Shown one piece after another: positions 34,874 to 39,047 of a DNA stretch of 39,047 nt. The position numbers and the translations under genes were made by a program. This DNA comes from an uncultured Dehalococcoidia bacterium (GTDB lineage Bacteria > Chloroflexota > Dehalococcoidia > SZUA-161). The stretch lies in assembly GCA_964502665.1 (NCBI GenBank), contig CAZCXP010000004.1, positions 1-39,047 on the forward strand, written 5' to 3'. Position 1 is the stretch's first letter. Each line of letters begins with the position of its first letter. A model generated the notes under the pieces. It searched no databases. It saw only the letters and a program-made list of their open reading frames with translations, and was not told where the DNA came from.

Positions 34874-34966
34874 GAATCTAATAACTATCTACCGATGATG
34901 ACCAGCCTCTAGCTATTGTACCACTTCTAAAGTTGGACCTACTGTTCATTGCACGTGCCGCGATAG

Positions 34967-35473
34967 TCAAGTGCAGGGCTTGCCGTCTTCAGGGGCGAAC
35001 CGCCGGTTTGATCTCTCATGGCGGACATTCCTTGATTTCTCAGACAGCCACCCCACCCGCTCCCCTGTTCGCCAGTCGAAGTCAGGTACATAGGGCTTAA
35101 TGTCCAGTAGCGGAGTATCGTCAATAACATCCACATCTTCGATGTGAAGGGTGCAGCCTTCGACTTTAACCAGGCGTACCGCCGAGATTCCAATCGGGTT
35201 TGGTCGGGCAGGACCTCGCATGGCAAATACTCCACGCGCCTCCTCGTCCATAAATGGCTTGGCTTCCAACGAATAACCTTTGGCTAGGTGAAAATGATAG
35301 ACCAGGATTATGTGGGAGAAACCTTCGATGTCTTTGAGCCCAGCGCAGTATTCTGCGAAGACTTCCACCGTCCCTTTGACTCCCTGGGCACCAGTCGGTT
35401 GGATGGGCATTCCCTCGACCTTTTTGAATGGGGAATGAATGATCCCTATTGGCTTGTATTTGATCTCGCTCAT
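34967..35473 (-). CDS. TrmO/TsaA-family SAM-dependent methyltransferase (YaeB fold)
   Basis: IGIIHSPF, FSHIILVYHFH, RPNPIGISAVRLVKVEG..L.IEDVDVIDDTPLLDIKPY. Confidence 0.9.
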   Translation of the reverse strand: MSEIKYKPIGIIHSPFKKVEGMPIQPTGAQGVKGTVEVFAEYCAGLKDIEGFSHIILVYHFHLAKGYSLEAKPFMDEEARGVFAMRGPARPNPIGISAVRLVKVEGCTLHIEDVDVIDDTPLLDIKPYVPDFDWRTGERVGWLSEKSRNVRHERSNRRFAPEDGKPCT

Positions 35474-35731
35474 GGTTCACTCCGTGCAAAAATGGATATC
35501 AATCTTCACAGTGTACCTCCCGCAAGAATGTTGTCGAGAGTATAACACACTGCCTAGCATGGCCGAAGTCGTTCGTTAAGAACTGGAACGCTGACGATGT
35601 CGTCAATGGCCATCGAAGATTCAGTCCGCTCGATAATCTGGGGGTGAGATAGAGGAGGAGGCCAGAAGCCTTGTAGGCAAACTCTGAGGGCTTTCTTGCG
35701 CCTGGGGATAATCAAAAAGAGAGTCCCGTAG

Positions 35732-36010
35732 TCAAGACGGCAGCTTTGCTTGTTTTGGGAACTTCCGAAGCTTGCTCACGTCCGTCCGCAGCTTTGCAGG
35801 TTCTTCAATAAGGAGCAAGTTAACATCCGTCGAATTGAACCTACGCTGGCCCCTCGGACCAGCGCGGTGCACCTGTATTAATCCTTGGTTGGTCCACCGT
35901 CTCAGCGTGCTCTCATGTATATGTAGCAACCAGCAGACCTCGTCCGGGCTGAGCAGCGTGTCCGTGCGCTCTCTCTTTCTTGTCGTCCCTGTCTCTCGAG
36001 TGGTAGTCAT
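35732..36010 (-). CDS. Excisionase/MerR-like HTH (HTH_17-type) protein, paralogue of 25272-25541
   Basis: LLSPDEVCWLLHIHESTLRRWTNQGLIQVHRAGPRGQRRFNSTDV shares the TLL..E.C.LL..H..TLRRW..GLI...R.GP...RRF...DV core with the other copy. Confidence 0.75.
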   Translation of the reverse strand: MTTTRETGTTRKRERTDTLLSPDEVCWLLHIHESTLRRWTNQGLIQVHRAGPRGQRRFNSTDVNLLLIEEPAKLRTDVSKLRKFPKQAKLPS

Positions 36011-36116
36011 AGCCCGTAATTAGTCCATGCCATTGTAGCTACACGATTTGCGTGCTCTCAGCTTCTTCAATGTAGCCTAGTTATTCTATTCTCTGCGAGG
36101 TATCATCTGTCAATAG

Positions 36117-36145
36117 AGTTTTCCACGAAGTTTTCCACGAAGTTT
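36117..36145. repeat. Tandem 12-nt repeat (AGTTTTCCACGA x2.4)
   Basis: Read directly: agttttccacga agttttccacga agttt. Confidence 0.8.
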
Positions 36146-36495
36146 CTGCTACCTGCCGAGCGCACCTCAAATATTTGGCCCATTTGGCTTCTATTTGAAC
36201 GGGCACCCCGCCATCTTCGACGATTGCATGAAGCATTACAAAGCGCCGCTGTCAGAAGCAGTGTAGTGAGAATCCGAGGGCTCATTGGGCATTGATGGCG
36301 GATTTCTTTAGTCCCTGCGTTGGTAGCACGTGTCAAACGGTTCTCCAAAAGAAGCTGAAGTACTGTACGTTCAACCTGAACCATCTTGCCTTAACCTGAA
36401 CTCTGGAGAACCTTTGTACCATTTACACCCGCTCACATTCCCTGGTAGACTGTACATGACAGGGAGGAGGGACTCCCCCAGGAACGATTCCTGGT

Positions 36496-36522
36496 AAGAG
36501 CCTTGGCTTGGTCAAGGCTCTT
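36496..36522 (+). terminator. Perfect 10-bp hairpin (terminator-like, weak U-tract)
   Basis: AAGAGCCTTG-GCTTGGT-CAAGGCTCTT followed by TAAC. Confidence 0.35.
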
Positions 36523-36570
36523 TAACTCTGAAGACATTTAAAATAGCGTATTCATACACAGTCAATAGCA

Positions 36571-36753
36571 GTGTGCAAAGCACTGCAACATGGTTTTCCC
36601 TCCTGGGAAGCCCACTCAATCACACTCGCTGGGTGGGCTTCCTTTGCGTCTGTCAACGGTAAGTCCCCGAAGATGGTTCAGAGGTACATGAGGGCAGTAA
36701 CCTTCGAGAACAGCATGAAGCATTACAAGGCGCCGTTGGGGTATGGCCTGTAG
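36571..36753 (+). pseudogene. Gene-end fragment, possibly the C-terminus of a tyrosine recombinase
   Basis: ...VNGKSPKMVQRYMRAVTFENSMKHYKAPLGYGL* loosely fits the LGH....T.RY end of integrases. A second, shorter copy ends at 36262. Confidence 0.3.
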
Positions 36754-36819
36754 AATCGCATCTCAGGGGCTTCCCAAGCGACTGGATTGACTTCTTCTGC
36801 TTCGCCGCAGGTCTTCAGT

Positions 36820-37458
36820 CTATTCATGCCAGTAGTAGATGGAGTCCAGTTTCCAGCTACTATAGAGGTCATCGGGGGTGACTATGGAGCCCCCGTTGCT
36901 GTCAAGGTCGATGCTATGCAGCTCAGCGTACTCAGGAGGGCCTTCGTGGTAGGCGTGCCATACCAGTTCGCTGCAATAGTGAGCATCCTGGTCATACTTC
37001 TTGAATCTCCAGTCATAGGGGTCACCCTCTTGAGCTAGGGCATACTCTACCGCAGCAGCGATAATAGCACTTCGATTCTCACCCCAGTTCCACCAACACC
37101 GCTTCTTGGTGTTCACCCTTTTGAAGGTAACAGCCTCTCTCCCCTTCCAGAATTCCTCTAGGGTTATTACTCGGACTCCCGGCTCAGGGTTGAGAAATCC
37201 CTCCGCCGTGGAGTCCACCACAGACACTTCAGCTAGGCATGTGCCAGCATCAGCGTTCTCCAAAATCATGCCAACATGACTCCAGTAGCCATAAATGCAA
37301 GGCGCAATGCGTCCAAACACTATATCCCCAGCCTGCACATCGCACGGCAATACTGGGTCATCAGGCTCAGCCCAAGCACTCCCTCCCCATACGAAACATA
37401 AAACTAGTGCTAGACTCAGTAGCACGCCTATTGTTCGCAGATTTCTCACTGTTCTCAT
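36820..37458 (-). CDS. Secreted YiiX/YaeF-like permuted papain-fold (C92) hydrolase
   Basis: Signal peptide ...LVLCFVWGGSAWA. AGDIVFGR...YWSHVGMI and AHYCSELVWHAY motifs. Confidence 0.75.
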   Translation of the reverse strand: MRTVRNLRTIGVLLSLALVLCFVWGGSAWAEPDDPVLPCDVQAGDIVFGRIAPCIYGYWSHVGMILENADAGTCLAEVSVVDSTAEGFLNPEPGVRVITLEEFWKGREAVTFKRVNTKKRCWWNWGENRSAIIAAAVEYALAQEGDPYDWRFKKYDQDAHYCSELVWHAYHEGPPEYAELHSIDLDSNGGSIVTPDDLYSSWKLDSIYYWHE

Positions 37459-37701
37459 CCCCTCTCACCTGCGGGTGCGGACATTTCGCGTAGCCTCCTC
37501 TAGCTTTGCCCTCTCCAAATCCGCCTTGCTGGGCCTGCTCTGACCCTGCAAACTCGCAGCTTGCCTCATTCTACCGCGATATGTGCACTGGCGCAAGAAG
37601 CCTCCATTGAAGAAAAGTGGAAATAGGTGGTGAAAAGGTAAAGAACAGGCACTAAGTGCAAACAATGGGAGGAAAAGTGAAGTGAAATTGGGTGAAGTGT
37701 A

Positions 37702-37730
37702 TTGACAGGTGCTGACCAGACTGGTATAAG
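37702..37730 (+). promoter_or_regulatory. sigma70-like promoter, implying a ~300-nt leader for the cohesin/dockerin gene
   Basis: TTGACA (37702-37707), 17-nt spacer, TATAAG (37725-37730). A purine-rich GTGAA-repeat tract lies upstream. Confidence 0.55.
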
Positions 37731-38042
37731 CACGTCTGCGTGGCTTCTGTCGGGAGATTCATGGGCAGATGTCGGCACTGCTAGCTCCAAATTGCTCCCG
37801 GGATAGAGCGACCTTCGTTGCGGGTCTTTGACCCGTGCTGATTGCTCATTGCTCTCCTCGCTGAGACGGGGAGACCTTGGTGCGGCCAGAAGTCGCCCTG
37901 TAATCACGATCGCAGCTGTGCTCCGGCGTCTTTCTCTTCACTCTAGCACTAGACCGGGGCAAGCAAAGGGGGGTGGCGACTCCGTGGGATAGAGTCGATA
38001 GCATCGAGAATTTCCAAGAAACGGGAGAGAAGATGAAGAAGG

Positions 38043-39047
38043 TGGCTCCTGCAATCGGAGTGGTTGCTGTACTGGTCTGCCTGTGTTTTGCTTTCGGGGT
38101 GTCTGCACAAGGTGACACCACGGTCGATATCTCACCGGCCAGCCAGACAGTGTCTCCAGGCCAGGTATTTACGGTTGATGCAGTAGTTGACCCTGCAGCT
38201 CACATAGCTGGTGTCCAGTTCGACCTCAGCTTTGATCCCTCGCCTCTAACTGCAAGTAACGTTGCCGAGGGTAATCTACTGAATCAGAATGGCGACCCCA
38301 CTTTCTTCCTTTCCGGCACAATAGACAACGTTGCTGGGACTATCACTGGCGTTGCTGGCGCCATCTTAGGAGTGGGTAAGACAGTGTCATCGCCAGGGAC
38401 ATTTGCCACAATCACCTTCACTGCCAAAACAACGATGGGTACCTCACCGCTTGATTTGTCCAATGTTATTGTAGGTGATTCTGCAGGAGACCCGGTAGCC
38501 ATAGCGGTGACCGGCGGGAGTGTAATGATTGTAGGACCTGACCTTGTGACAACTGAGAAGTCGGAGGAATGGGTGCATCTTGCTGACAAGACCTATAACA
38601 TCGACTACACGGTGAAGAACCTCGGGAGCGCCAAGGCGGATCCAAGCAAGACATGCATCTACATTGATGGCGAGCTTGAACTAAAGGACCCTGTTCCCGA
38701 ACTGGCTCCAGGTGTTACCTACACCAATACAGTGGGGCCCTTCGAGATGACAGAATGTGAGGGCGATTCGATCGAGGTCTGTGCTGACTGCGACAATGAA
38801 GTCACGGAAGGCGATGAAACGAACAACTGCCTGCAGAATGAGCTTGAGAACCCAGGCACCTGCAGCGATGCGGATTGCGACGGCAAAGTGACAATGAACG
38901 ATGGCAGGCAGATATTCATGTACCTGATCTATGGGCCAGAGAAATATCCCATTTGTGACGCCTGGGCGGCCGACTGCGATGGCATCGCGGGGATAACAAT
39001 GAACGATGGCCGACAGATATTCATGAACCTGATCTACGGGGTGGATA
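38043..39047 (+). CDS. Secreted cohesin-CARDB-dockerin protein (3' end outside window)
   Basis: Not in the ORF track because no stop falls inside the window. ATG follows GGGAGAGA. Signal peptide MKKVAPAIGVVAVLVCLCFAFGVSAQG. Cohesin-like VDISPASQTVSPGQVFTVDAVVDP...IAGVQFDLSFDP. CARDB PDLVT...YTVKNLGSAKA...GDETNNC. Two dockerin-type repeats DCDGKVTMNDGRQIF and DCDGIAGITMNDGRQIF. Confidence 0.85.
38891..39040 (+). repeat. Two ~45-nt near-identical segments 105 nt apart (dockerin repeat pair)
   Basis: ACAATGAACGATGGCAGGCAGATATTCATGTACCTGATCTATGGG (38891) versus ACAATGAACGATGGCCGACAGATATTCATGAACCTGATCTACGGG (38996). Confidence 0.8.

Noticed and set aside
37850-37910. Cobalamin-riboswitch-like strings (GGGAGACCTTGG, GGTGC, CGCCCTGTAA) in the cohesin gene leader
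   Set aside because: The elements are in the wrong order relative to the B12-box consensus and match only partially. The gene context (a secreted structural protein) does not fit. The region is kept only as a generic structured-leader candidate.
1-39047. CRISPR arrays, rRNA genes, intact IS elements or transposases
   Set aside because: I scanned for regularly spaced direct repeats, terminal inverted repeats and transposase-like ORFs and found none. The only periodic repeats are intragenic (the PAS linkers and the dockerin pair) or very short (the 12-mer at 36117).

Overview
A 39-kb prokaryotic chromosomal window, roughly 54% GC by eye, densely coding on both strands. Promoter hexamers look sigma70-like. 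A Chloroflexota-like origin is only a guess, based on RRM proteins, cohesin/CARDB/dockerin, an archaeal-type HMGCS-like gene and corrinoid methyltransferases. Gene order from left to right:

- 3' part of a secreted glycoside-hydrolase-like, Cys-rich protein
- orphan ACP
- RRM RNA-binding protein behind a long leader
- translationally coupled MacB-type ABC exporter operon
- MarR, then lipase-like hydrolase, glpK and two tandem HdrD/GlpC-like CCG iron-sulfur paralogues
- convergent two-gene corrinoid protein + URO-D/MtaA-type methyltransferase operon
- Zn-ribbon / FKBP / RRM cluster
- tight four-gene minus-strand operon: HMG-CoA-synthase-like::DUF35 fusion, thiolase, UPF0261/Tm-1-like, PEP-hydrolase-like TIM barrel
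- divergent from that operon, a 1276-aa soluble 6xPAS histidine kinase fused to REC and an OmpR-type DNA-binding domain

From about 25 to 37 kb the window looks accessory and partly decaying. It holds two paralogous excisionase-type HTH genes in inverted orientation, tRNA-Lys(CTT) abutting a tyrosine-integrase C-terminal remnant, msrB-msrA, two N-terminal gene fragments (one with an in-frame TAG), a cytochrome-b5-like membrane protein and a rubrerythrin-like protein. It also holds a truncated pterin-binding methyltransferase, a radical SAM/SPASM enzyme with its own consensus promoter and leader, DUF3795, TrmO, and duplicated gene-end fragments. The window ends with a secreted YiiX-like hydrolase and a 3'-truncated cohesin-CARDB-dockerin protein behind a ~300-nt leader.

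No CRISPR array, rRNA or intact mobile element was seen. All family assignments come from motif recognition by eye, not from searches.
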